DNA of 64,000 bases from an uncultured Oscillospiraceae bacterium (GTDB lineage: Bacteria > Bacillota > Clostridia > Oscillospirales > Ruminococcaceae). The stretch's first letter is position 1. The number at the start of each line of letters is the position of its first letter. The position numbers were made by a program, and so were the translations under genes. The stretch is taken from the NCBI GenBank assembly GCA_964369445.1, contig CAYJFU010000001.1:3409-67408 (forward strand). Reading direction: 5' to 3'. This document shows positions 44,108 to 53,493 of this stretch, in pieces. The notes under the pieces are model-generated. The model was not told the DNA's origin. It was given only the letters and a program-made list of their open reading frames with translations, and searched no databases.

Positions 44108-45046
44108 CTATTCAAGTTGCTCTATGACAATGTCTTTTAACAGTGCTTTTGCACGTTCCAAATCATAGCCTACACTCAGCTCAGACTCCGAGGCGGAGCT
44201 TGATATTGCCGTTGCAAAGCGCAAGCCCTCTTCAACGGACAAGCCGTTTTCGTACCCATAAATCAAACCTGCAAGGTAGCAATCGCCGCAACCGGCAGTG
44301 TTTTTGGTCACCGTGTAAGACGGTGTTGTCGCCCTAAAAATACCTTGTGGTGTTTTTATTATGGATCCGATTTTCCCGAGCGAAACAGCGATACAATCGA
44401 TATCATAACTATCCAGCGAGTGTATCGCCGCCAGTACATCTGCCTCATCGGTAGTTACTTTACGCTTGCAAAGTTGCGACATCTCGTCCAGGTTGGGTTT
44501 TATCATAAACAGCTTTTCTTCGATGCAGGTCATGAGATACGCTTCACTGGCGTCCAGTATTATCTTCACCTCTTTGTCGCGCATGGCCTTACAAATTTTA
44601 TTATAGACGTAAATGTCTGCGCTGTTTGAGGCGTCGCCGGCAAGTACAAGTATGTCACCGCTTTTTACGTTTTTGGTAAGAACCGCTATGATATCTTCGA
44701 CATCCGCGTCGGTGAGGTCGGGACCTTTGCAAGCTACGACAGTACATTCACCCGTGGGCTCAATAAGCAGGTAGTTGGTTCGGCTGTCCTCATCCTCCCT
44801 GTAAACAAAGTCGGTTTTGATGTTAAAGTCTTCAAGCATTTCGACAATTTGTTTACCGGTTGGGCCGTGTACCACGCCGCAAGCTATATTTTTGACGCCG
44901 CACAGCTGTAAGTTTATAGATACATGGGTGCCCTTTCCGCCTATTGTGTCCTGTATCCTAGAAACTCTACAGGTAAAATCTCTTGTCAGGCTCTGTACAT
45001 ATAGTAGTTTGTCAATTGCAGGGTTTAGGGTGAGTGTGTGAACCAT
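44108..45046 (-). CDS. PfkB-family hexose-phosphate kinase (1-phosphofructokinase/tagatose-6-P kinase-like)
   Basis: 312 aa from MVHTLTLNPAIDK with GGKGTHVS and TAGCGDCYLAG (the DTxGAGD-like anion hole). Confidence 0.8.
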   Translation of the reverse strand: MVHTLTLNPAIDKLLYVQSLTRDFTCRVSRIQDTIGGKGTHVSINLQLCGVKNIACGVVHGPTGKQIVEMLEDFNIKTDFVYREDEDSRTNYLLIEPTGECTVVACKGPDLTDADVEDIIAVLTKNVKSGDILVLAGDASNSADIYVYNKICKAMRDKEVKIILDASEAYLMTCIEEKLFMIKPNLDEMSQLCKRKVTTDEADVLAAIHSLDSYDIDCIAVSLGKIGSIIKTPQGIFRATTPSYTVTKNTAGCGDCYLAGLIYGYENGLSVEEGLRFATAISSSASESELSVGYDLERAKALLKDIVIEQLE

Positions 45047-45335
45047 CAATTCACCTCCGGTCAAAATTGTTACACAATCATTATATAACACAAACGGAAA
45101 TAAATCAACACAAACGGAACAAAAAATTATCTTCTACTTTTTGCACAATTGTTAACGGTTTTTATTATGTATTCGTCCAAAAATTGCAAAACTTGCATAA
45201 TAAGCATTGAAATATGCCGATTTCTATGCTATACTCAAACTCATAAAACACATAAACACAAAATATCCCACACCAAAACAGCTATTTACAAACATAAACA
45301 AACATTAACACATTTAAAAGAGGGGAGGAAACGCA

Positions 45336-46313
45336 ATGCATTTAGGTTTTTTTACCGCTAACTTCACAGAAAAGCCGCTAGAAGAAGTGGCAAAAATGGT
45401 AGCCGGATATGGTTATGAGTCTCTGGAGATACCCGCTTATGAGGGAAACGGTCAACTTGAAACAAAAGACGTATTGATCGGCAACAACGCCCAAAACATT
45501 AAAAAGATGGTTGCATCTTACGGGTTGCACATAACAGCACTCAGCAACCACGCGGATTCGTTCTTGATAATGGGTCCCACCGGCAAGGAGACGGACTTTA
45601 TATATAAAGGAACAGCCGAGGAAAAGATAAAACACGGCACCGAAAGTCTTATCCGCACGGCGCAGGCCGCAAACGCGCTGGAAGCCCCCGTTGTGGTCGG
45701 TTACCCCGGCGTTGAGAACTGGGGACGCTTTTTCTTCTTTCCTTACGGCGAGGGCTGGGCGGAGTACGAAGAGCAGTTCGCTGAGCGCTTCACCCCGATA
45801 CTTGACAAATTTAAAGAGTACGGCGTTAAGTTTGCGATAGAAATTCACCCAAACAGCTTTGTGTATGACATACATACCGCTGTCAAGGCACTGGAGCTTG
45901 TAAATTATCACCCGGCACTGGGTTACAACTTTGATCCGGCAAACACCCTTTACCTCATGATAGATCCTGCCGTTGTCATCGACACACTTAAAGACAGGAT
46001 TTACCACGTACACGCAAAGGATGCCGAGCTTGCCGCACACAACATCGCAATGGGCGGCACCATGATGCACGGCGACATGGGTGCACTTAACCACACTTAC
46101 CGTTTCCGCATACCGGGATGGGGACAGGTTAACTGGAAACAGGTCATAACCGAACTTTCCTTAATAGGTTACGACGGCCCACTCAGCTATGAGCATGAAG
46201 ACGTGACTATGAGCCGCATGGACGGAGTGGAAAAGGTAGCGGACTTTTTAAAACCGCTTATCATAAAGTCCCCCTATGAGGGCAGACAGGATAAACTATT
46301 CAATAAAGATTAG
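45336..46313 (+). CDS. Xylose-isomerase-like TIM-barrel sugar(-phosphate) isomerase/epimerase
   Basis: 325 aa with an AP_endonuc_2 fold (FAIEIHPNS...NFDPAN...HVHAKD...SYEHED metal ligands). Confidence 0.8.
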   Translation: MHLGFFTANFTEKPLEEVAKMVAGYGYESLEIPAYEGNGQLETKDVLIGNNAQNIKKMVASYGLHITALSNHADSFLIMGPTGKETDFIYKGTAEEKIKHGTESLIRTAQAANALEAPVVVGYPGVENWGRFFFFPYGEGWAEYEEQFAERFTPILDKFKEYGVKFAIEIHPNSFVYDIHTAVKALELVNYHPALGYNFDPANTLYLMIDPAVVIDTLKDRIYHVHAKDAELAAHNIAMGGTMMHGDMGALNHTYRFRIPGWGQVNWKQVITELSLIGYDGPLSYEHEDVTMSRMDGVEKVADFLKPLIIKSPYEGRQDKLFNKD

Positions 46314-46328
46314 ACGGAGGGTAGAACG

Positions 46329-47390
46329 TTGGCTAAAATGATGAGGGCGCAGGTAGTTGAGAGCGTCGGTAAAATGGTTATGAAAGAGGTTCCGGTGCCA
46401 CAAATCAGCAGCGGAGAGGCTCTAATTAAAGTACATATGTGCGGCATCTGCGGCACCGACTACAAAATTCTTCACGGCGAGTATGCCAGCGAGTATCTTC
46501 CGCTCATCTCGGGTCACGAGTTTTGGGGTGTTGTGGAAGAGGTCGGCGCAAACTCGATGGGCTTAAAGGTTGGCGACAGGGTGTCGGTTGATCTGTGTAT
46601 GCCGTGCGGCACCTGTTATTTCTGCCGCAGAGGGGACCAACTTCTGTGTGCGACATTTACACAGCTCGGTATCCACACCGATGGCGCATTTGCCGAGTAT
46701 GTCAAGGCACAGATACAAAACTGCTACAAAATCCCCGATTGCATCGACGACAACACTGCGACATTCATCGAGCCGATGACAGCGGTACTACAGGGCTCTA
46801 AAAAAATGAACCTTAAAATTGCCTCTAGCCTTGTAGTTATCGGTTGCGGACTTGGCATACTGCATGCCGCACTCGGCAAACTCAGGGGCGCGGCACCGGT
46901 TATAGTTATCGGCGACAGCGAGCGCAGGCTCAAAATTGCAAAGGACATGGGTGTCGATTACACCATCAACATCAACGAAGTTAAAGATCCCGTCGCAAAG
47001 GTCATGGAGCTTACAGACGGTGTCGGCGCAGACTACGTTTTAGAGGCGGTCGGACATCCGGCAACCTACAAGCAGGCATTTGAAATGGTGCGTCGCGGCG
47101 GTACTGTTGAGGCTTTCGGCGTTGTACAACAGGGCAAAACCGTCGATGTAGAACCTTATGAGTTCGTGCTCGGCGAGAAAAAGGTTTCGGGCAGCTGTGC
47201 CGGTATCGGCAACGACTGGGGCGATGTCATAAGACTGCTGGAGTACGGTAGAGTGGATCCCTCACCGCTGTTTAGCAAAGTGGTTCCACTTGAAGATCTA
47301 GCAGCCGCCATACAGGAGAGCCACGACGACAAAGAGATCACAAGGATATTCGTGTCGCCGCTTGTAAACGAAGTGGTGGAGATAAATTAA
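46329..47390 (+). CDS. Zn-dependent medium-chain dehydrogenase (polyol/threonine dehydrogenase-like)
   Basis: 353 aa with CGICGTDYKILHGE...GHEFWG and a structural Zn site CMPCGTCYFCRRGDQLLC, plus a GCGLGILHA Rossmann fold. The listed start is TTG; an ATG at 46338 is also possible. Confidence 0.85.
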   Translation: MAKMMRAQVVESVGKMVMKEVPVPQISSGEALIKVHMCGICGTDYKILHGEYASEYLPLISGHEFWGVVEEVGANSMGLKVGDRVSVDLCMPCGTCYFCRRGDQLLCATFTQLGIHTDGAFAEYVKAQIQNCYKIPDCIDDNTATFIEPMTAVLQGSKKMNLKIASSLVVIGCGLGILHAALGKLRGAAPVIVIGDSERRLKIAKDMGVDYTININEVKDPVAKVMELTDGVGADYVLEAVGHPATYKQAFEMVRRGGTVEAFGVVQQGKTVDVEPYEFVLGEKKVSGSCAGIGNDWGDVIRLLEYGRVDPSPLFSKVVPLEDLAAAIQESHDDKEITRIFVSPLVNEVVEIN

Positions 47391-47452
47391 CAAACTTTGG
47401 CTATAGAGACTGAAATCTCTGTACATAAAAATAATAAGAAAGGTGCAAAATT

Positions 47453-48781
47453 ATGAAAAAACTACTCAGTATCCTACTAGCACTGTCGCTTGTGGCAACA
47501 TTTGCGGCATGTAGCGCAGCTCCTGCAGAGCCTGCAGCTACAGAAGAGGCCTCACAGGCCACAGAAGAACCGGCAGCGGAAGAAGAGGCCGCAGAATCCG
47601 GCGAGGCTGTACAGATCATCTGGGGTTCCGGCCCGCTTGAAAATGATTCCAAAGCAATGATTATAGAGGCTTTTAACTCTTCACAAGACGCTATAGAACT
47701 GGTTGGTGTAGAGCTTTCCGCTGATGCTACAGAACAGCACAACACATATGTAACCAGCTTTTCTGGCAACTCCAACGACTACGACATCTTTACTTCCAAC
47801 GTGCCGTGGCCCGGTGAATTCTCACAGGCAGGTTATGCAATGGCACTTGACCGCTACATCGAGCGTGACGGCATCGACATGAGCCAATATGTACCGGGTT
47901 ATGTTGACAGCTACACCTTCCAAGGCCAACTTTGGGGTATCCCGACATTTGGTAACGTTCCTCTTCTTTACTACAGAACTGACATCGTTGAAACAGCTCC
48001 CACCACATGGGAAGAGTTGCTCAGCATGGCTCAGGAATACCAGGGCACAAACGACACAACATACGGCTACCTCATTCAGGCGGCACAGTACGAAGGTCTG
48101 ACCTGCAACACCGTTGATATGATTGCAGCATACGGCGGCGAAGTACTTGACGGCGACGGCGTTCCGGTTATCGACTCTGAGGGCACAATTGCTGCTCTTG
48201 ACATTATGCAACAGTTTGTAACTTCTGGCATACTTCCCGATGATGTTACAACACACAAAGAGGCAAACTCTACTGAGCTGTTCCTTGCCGGTGATGCTGT
48301 ATTTATGCGCAACTGGCCGTCCGCTTGGAGAGATATGACCGATCCCGAAAAATCCAGTGTAGTTGACATGGTTGCATACACACCGCTACCCTCGGGCAGT
48401 GAGCGCTCTGCCGGAACACTCGGCGGCTGGGGCACAATGATCTATGCAAACACACTGCATCCGGATGAGGCTTGGGAAGCTGTAAAGTTTATCGCCGGTA
48501 CAGAAGGACAAAAGATATTTGCTGTAGAAGGTGCATCGCTTCCGACACTGTTGCCGCTTTATGAGGATGCAGACGTTCTGGAAGCAAACCCGATGTTCGC
48601 TGATAACATGGCGCAGGCTATGAGCGATGCTGTAAAGCGTCCGGTTACACCTATCTACACCGAAATTTCCGAAATCATTCAGATCGAGACAACCAACGTA
48701 CTTTTAGGTTCTACAACACCTGCCGACGCCGCTGCAAACATGCAGACACAGATGCAGGAAGCCATAGACAGCAATACTTAA
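47453..48781 (+). CDS. ABC transporter extracellular solute-binding lipoprotein (CUT1 sugar family)
   Basis: 442 aa with lipobox LVATFAAC|S, a low-complexity A/E/P linker and an SBP_bac_1-like body. Confidence 0.85.
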   Translation: MKKLLSILLALSLVATFAACSAAPAEPAATEEASQATEEPAAEEEAAESGEAVQIIWGSGPLENDSKAMIIEAFNSSQDAIELVGVELSADATEQHNTYVTSFSGNSNDYDIFTSNVPWPGEFSQAGYAMALDRYIERDGIDMSQYVPGYVDSYTFQGQLWGIPTFGNVPLLYYRTDIVETAPTTWEELLSMAQEYQGTNDTTYGYLIQAAQYEGLTCNTVDMIAAYGGEVLDGDGVPVIDSEGTIAALDIMQQFVTSGILPDDVTTHKEANSTELFLAGDAVFMRNWPSAWRDMTDPEKSSVVDMVAYTPLPSGSERSAGTLGGWGTMIYANTLHPDEAWEAVKFIAGTEGQKIFAVEGASLPTLLPLYEDADVLEANPMFADNMAQAMSDAVKRPVTPIYTEISEIIQIETTNVLLGSTTPADAAANMQTQMQEAIDSNT

Positions 48782-48819
48782 TAGCAGAACAGGGGTTTTC
48801 ACACTGAAGTGACTGCAAC

Positions 48820-48862
48820 TTCAAATTGTTTCCTCCGCCGATGGTGGGGGAAACAATTTGAA
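48820..48862. repeat. Family B hairpin (B16) between the SBP and permease genes
   Basis: ttcaaattgtttcc-tccgccgatggtggg-ggaaacaatttgaa followed by aaacatcat. It is positioned like an intra-operon attenuator or stabiliser. Confidence 0.6.
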
Positions 48863-48909
48863 AAACATCATATCTTTGAAGGATGCCCCGCACTTTTTGA
48901 GGTGAAATA

Positions 48910-50241
48910 ATGAAACTTTCAGGTCTTGGTAAGGGTGGTGTACACAGAAACGGTTTGTCCGAGACACAGCTGGCATGGGTATTGCTTTTTCCGGCACTGC
49001 TTATCATATTCAGCCTTGCGTTTTTTCCGGTTTTGCGCACATTTTATTTGAGCCTTTTTGATTTAAGGCTTAACCACCCCACAAAAAATGTCACACAGCT
49101 GGACTACGGCTACAATATTGAGCGTGTGGGTGATGCCAACTATCGTTTTAACAGAATAATTAATGCCGCTATCGATGCTGAGACCAATACCGATACAAAG
49201 CAGGACTTGGAGCAGGTCAAGTTGGATTATGAAGTCTACTTTACAGACTTTTTACAGGCAACAAGTTCCGGCGACGAATACGACATTGTATACGATTTAC
49301 AAAGTAACATGGATACCGTCCCACTGGAATATTCCTTTTATACTATTGACAACAATTTAGCAGGGGCATTTCAAGCGGAACTTCTTAGGTTGCAAGGGAT
49401 TTTAGAACCTTATATCGAAACAGCCACCGACGGGCAATCGGTAAAGCTTGCCTCACAGGTGTTCGATGATATAAACTATTCCATCATATCCCCTAACTTT
49501 ATCGGTCTTGATAACTACATATCATACTTTCAGGACTCAAGGATGTGGGAAGCGCTTGCACGCACGGTTGTTTTCGGCGTCTTTGCGGTAATGTTTGAGT
49601 TTTTGATCGGACTTAGTATTGCACTGTTGATGAACAGAGCCTTCAAAGGACGTGGAATTGTGCGCGCCGCCGTCTTGGTGCCATGGGCTATACCTGCCTC
49701 GGTATCCGCACTTATATGGCGTTTTATGTACGACGGGCAATACGGTGTGCTATCCGGATTTTTTGAGCAACTGGGCATCATTGAGAGCAGGGGTCAAATA
49801 CTTACCGATGGCGTAACGACAATGGCCGGCCTTATACTTGCCGACGTATGGAAAACAAGCCCTTATGTATCGCTGTTGTTGCTTGCAGGACTTCAGTCCA
49901 TCGACGCTTCTTACTATGAAGCCGCAAGGGTGGACGGCGCAAACAGAATACAACAGTTTTTCAGGATAACTCTTCCGCTGTTAAAGCCATCGATACTTGT
50001 TGCGGTTATGTTCCGTACTATGGATGCACTCAGGGTGTTCGACCTTGTCTCGGTTATGACAGGTGGTGGCCCTGCAAACGGAACTGAGGTAATTACGCTT
50101 TACACATATAAAGAGATGTTCGGCAACATGATGTTCGGTGCCGGCTCCGCTCTTTCGGTAATAATATTTGTATGTCTTGCGGCGTTTTGCATATTTTACA
50201 TAAAAGTGTTCGGGGTCGAACTCATCAAAGTTGATAAGTAG
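48910..50241 (+). CDS. Sugar ABC transporter permease (MalF-like) with a large extracytoplasmic insertion
   Basis: 443 aa with an EAA loop (YEAARVDGANRIQQFFRITLP). About 150 aa are inserted after TM1 (residues ~55-205). Confidence 0.85.
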   Translation: MKLSGLGKGGVHRNGLSETQLAWVLLFPALLIIFSLAFFPVLRTFYLSLFDLRLNHPTKNVTQLDYGYNIERVGDANYRFNRIINAAIDAETNTDTKQDLEQVKLDYEVYFTDFLQATSSGDEYDIVYDLQSNMDTVPLEYSFYTIDNNLAGAFQAELLRLQGILEPYIETATDGQSVKLASQVFDDINYSIISPNFIGLDNYISYFQDSRMWEALARTVVFGVFAVMFEFLIGLSIALLMNRAFKGRGIVRAAVLVPWAIPASVSALIWRFMYDGQYGVLSGFFEQLGIIESRGQILTDGVTTMAGLILADVWKTSPYVSLLLLAGLQSIDASYYEAARVDGANRIQQFFRITLPLLKPSILVAVMFRTMDALRVFDLVSVMTGGGPANGTEVITLYTYKEMFGNMMFGAGSALSVIIFVCLAAFCIFYIKVFGVELIKVDK

Positions 50242-50254
50242 GGGGTGAAGTGAT

Positions 50255-51097
50255 ATGAATAGTGCTCCGGCAATAAAATTTGCAAAAAACGTTGGCTTTT
50301 ACACGGCAATTGTTATATTTATCTGCGTTATGCTCTTCCCCTTTTACTGGCAGCTTTTGACCTCGTTAAAACCGGCTGTTGAGCTGACACACGTACAGAT
50401 GTGGCCAAACTTTGCTACCGCTTCGCTTAACAACTATGTGACGATTTTTACACAAAATAACTTTGGTCGTTACATGATAAACAGCCTTATTGTTGCAGGT
50501 CTAACCACCGTTATCGGTATAACGCTTGCAAGCTCCGCCTCCTACGCACTGGCAAGGCTGAAATTTAAAGGCAAAGCTATCGTCTTGGGGCTAATACTGT
50601 CATGTAGTATGTTCCCGCACATCGCAGTACTATCCCCTATCTACATATTTATCAACGATTTGGGATTAAGAAACACCTACTGGGGACTTGTTATCCCTTA
50701 CCTTGCATTCGCACTGCCGCTATCGGTTTGGTATCTGACAATTTTCTTTAAAACGATACCTTTTGAACTTGAAGAAGCGGCAAAGATAGATGGATGCACA
50801 CCGGTGCAGGCGCTTTTAAAGGTTATTATACCACTTGCGATACCGGGCACATTTACAACTGCTATTCTGGTGTTCATTCAAGCTTGGAATGAATATTTGC
50901 TGTCCTTGACAATCAATACCGATGACAATTTCAGAACTATTCCTGTCGGTATCACCATGTTCAGAGGCGAGTTTGAAATGCCGTGGATAGAAAATGCAGC
51001 GGCGATAGTTGTCGTCACAATCCCCATTGCGTGCATAGTTTTGTTACTGCAACGTCGAATTGTTTCCGGACTTACCTCCGGCGCTGTCAAGGGTTAA
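50255..51097 (+). CDS. Sugar ABC transporter permease (MalG-like)
   Basis: 280 aa with an EAA loop (LEEAAKIDGCTPVQALLKVIIP). Confidence 0.85.
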   Translation: MNSAPAIKFAKNVGFYTAIVIFICVMLFPFYWQLLTSLKPAVELTHVQMWPNFATASLNNYVTIFTQNNFGRYMINSLIVAGLTTVIGITLASSASYALARLKFKGKAIVLGLILSCSMFPHIAVLSPIYIFINDLGLRNTYWGLVIPYLAFALPLSVWYLTIFFKTIPFELEEAAKIDGCTPVQALLKVIIPLAIPGTFTTAILVFIQAWNEYLLSLTINTDDNFRTIPVGITMFRGEFEMPWIENAAAIVVVTIPIACIVLLLQRRIVSGLTSGAVKG

Positions 51098-51150
51098 TAA
51101 AACACAGACACAGGTTTAAAACATTAGAGTAAAATAAGAAAGGGTAAAAA

Positions 51151-51864
51151 ATGATTAAGATTAGAAGATTTGACAAAGAGAGATCTGACCTCGGACACGA
51201 GGGTACCGTTGTTGCACATAAAATCCTTCCGGAAGGACACCGTGCACCGTTCAACCACAAGTACGGATACCTTGAAAACCGCCATACCATGCTCGGTCAC
51301 TCACACCCCACAGATGAGATATATCATGTAGTTTTCGGCAAGGGTACCGTTATCGTTGGCGGCGAAAACAGAGAGGTTAGCGCAGGCGATGTTATCGACA
51401 TACCGGCAGGCGTGTGGCACACCATGTCATGTGGTGACGAAGGCCCGATTTGCTGGGCATGTTACTGGTGGGAGGTTATCCCCGAGGGACGTGTTGTACC
51501 CGAGGGCATAAGTGTCAAGCGTTTTGATGTCAACTCCAAAACAACATACGATGCACACGATGGCTCCATCAAGGCTGACAAAGTCTGCCCTCCCGGCATG
51601 ACAGCCCCATTTGAGCACCAGTACGGCTACCTCGAGCCGGGCAAAACAATGGAAGGTCACGCCCATGAGACCGGCGAGTGCTATGTAGTTACCGGCGGTA
51701 GCGGTTATGTCATCATCGGCGATGAAAAGGCTGAGATAAAAGATGGCGACGTCATTGAAATTCCGGTAGATATCTGGCACACCATGACAGCAAGCGACAA
51801 CGAGACACTGACGTGGTTTGCGCTGTGGTGGGATGTTAAAGACGAGTACCTGTTCCAGCCGTAA
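51151..51864 (+). CDS. Bicupin protein of unknown function
   Basis: 237 aa with two tandem cupin modules: HSHPTDEIYHVVFGKG...GDVIDIPAGVWH and HAHETGECYVVTGGSG...GDVIEIPVDIWH. Confidence 0.7.
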   Translation: MIKIRRFDKERSDLGHEGTVVAHKILPEGHRAPFNHKYGYLENRHTMLGHSHPTDEIYHVVFGKGTVIVGGENREVSAGDVIDIPAGVWHTMSCGDEGPICWACYWWEVIPEGRVVPEGISVKRFDVNSKTTYDAHDGSIKADKVCPPGMTAPFEHQYGYLEPGKTMEGHAHETGECYVVTGGSGYVIIGDEKAEIKDGDVIEIPVDIWHTMTASDNETLTWFALWWDVKDEYLFQP

Positions 51865-52070
51865 AAAGCGAAGCGGTAGTTTATCAGAAAAATGAAGATA
51901 AATTAATTTGTTTTAGCTTAGGTAGTGTAGTCACGAGTGTTAAGCCGTCCGATTTTGGCGCTTTTACGCCTTGTCTAAAGATAAACCCCTCAAAATCTGC
52001 GCGTTTCAACTCTTGACGACACTATCTAACAGGACATATAAGATAAGCACAAAACACACTTACAAACGAT

Positions 52071-52205
52071 GGCTAAAGACTTATATTGATTTTGACTAAC
52101 CTCAATCTTTTGAATATTCAACAGAAATAAAGTATTTTACATCAAGTAAAAGTAGCTATTCACCTTTCGTCTTTATTTTCATGTGTGTTGCACGTGGCTA
52201 AGGGC
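52071..52205 (+). promoter_or_regulatory. 5' leader/promoter block paralogous to 43911-44058
   Basis: ggctaaagac...tttgactaacc...ttgaatattcaa...aagtaaaagtagctattcacc...catgtgtgttgcacgtgg. It ends ~28 nt before the RBS of the OYE-like gene. Confidence 0.45.
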
Positions 52206-52232
52206 ACAAAACTAAAAAAAGGAGTTTAAGAC

Positions 52233-53474
52233 ATGGGATACAAAGAGACATTGCTGGATCCGATTAAAATCGGAAACCGCACAGCTCAAAACAGATTTTT
52301 TATACAGGCGATGGAATGTAACGACGAGGACGAGACAGGTAACCCCTCACCGTCCACAACCGAAAGATACTGTAAACTTGCACAGGGTGAGGCAGGCTTA
52401 ATCTCCCTTGAAGCTATTTCCGTCACACGCGAGAGCCGCTCACGCGACAATCAGCTTATGATCATGCCGGAAAACGAAAAGCCTCTGACCGAGTTTGTCA
52501 AGGCAGTGCATGATGCAAACCCGAAAAGCCTGTTTGTATTTCAGCTGACACATTCCGGCGAGCTGTCAAACCCGGCATTTTCGCGCAGGGTTACACCAAA
52601 ACCGCTTCCGGGACTTGGTGGCGACCTCTTGACAGAGGACGAAGTGGACAAGATCATGGACAAGTTTGTGCTTGCCTCCAAAATAGCACATGCCGCCGGC
52701 GCAGACGGTGTTGACCTTAAACTGTGCCACGGCTATCTCGGCTCGCAGATGCTACGTCCGTACAATGACCGTAACTGGAAATACGGCGGTTCGTGGGAGA
52801 ACAGAAGCCGCTTTGCGTTTGAGCTTATCGAGCGCATAACCAAAGAGGTTAACGATCCGAACTTTATTATCGGTTCCAAAATATCCGCATGGGAAGGTTT
52901 CCCCGGTGGCTTTGGCACCGAAGCACCCGACTCCCCTATCATGTGCCTTGACGAGCCCATCAAGTTGATAAAAGGTCTTGAAGAGCGCGGCGCAAGCTAC
53001 ATCATCCAGTCCGCAGGTAGCCCGTCCATCACCATAAGCCTAACACAGGTTGACAAACACATCCCCTACTACTCCTACCTACACCAGTACTGGGCAAAGG
53101 AATTCAAAAAGGCATTAAAGCCGGAGACGGTACTTATCGGCTCCAACTTCTCGCCCTACAGAAACGGCAAAAACGGTCTGTGTGCCGTGACACAGGAGGA
53201 AAGCAGTCTTTTGAACTACGGCGCATGGTGCATTGAAAACGGCGCTGTCGACATGATAGGTCTGGGTCGCCAGTCTTTCGCAGATCCGCTCATGGCGAAA
53301 AAACTGCGCGAGGGCAACGAGGCAGACATAAAGTACTGCACCGTCTGCGACAACTGCCTGGAGCTTTTGATACAGCAGAGCAAAGTAGGTTGCTGTACAT
53401 TCAACCCCGAGGCCACAAAATGGCTTGTCGAGACAAGAAAAGAAAAAGGCAAACTCAGGGTTCATCATACTTAA
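52233..53474 (+). CDS. Old-Yellow-Enzyme/2,4-dienoyl-CoA-reductase-like FMN oxidoreductase, TIM-barrel + Fe-S motif only
   Basis: 413 aa with an Oxidored_FMN N-terminus (IKIGNRTAQNRFFIQAMECND...LTHSG...HGYLGSQ) and a C-terminal CTVCDNC...CC motif resembling the 4Fe-4S site of FadH-type enzymes. No C-terminal FAD/NAD domain is present. Confidence 0.8.
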   Translation: MGYKETLLDPIKIGNRTAQNRFFIQAMECNDEDETGNPSPSTTERYCKLAQGEAGLISLEAISVTRESRSRDNQLMIMPENEKPLTEFVKAVHDANPKSLFVFQLTHSGELSNPAFSRRVTPKPLPGLGGDLLTEDEVDKIMDKFVLASKIAHAAGADGVDLKLCHGYLGSQMLRPYNDRNWKYGGSWENRSRFAFELIERITKEVNDPNFIIGSKISAWEGFPGGFGTEAPDSPIMCLDEPIKLIKGLEERGASYIIQSAGSPSITISLTQVDKHIPYYSYLHQYWAKEFKKALKPETVLIGSNFSPYRNGKNGLCAVTQEESSLLNYGAWCIENGAVDMIGLGRQSFADPLMAKKLREGNEADIKYCTVCDNCLELLIQQSKVGCCTFNPEATKWLVETRKEKGKLRVHHT

Positions 53475-53493
53475 ATTCAACTGAATATAGATT

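Noticed and set aside
47401-47775. 124-aa minus-strand ORF rich in Ala/Ser
   Set aside because: It is the antisense shadow of the low-complexity A/E/P linker of the solute-binding lipoprotein gene.
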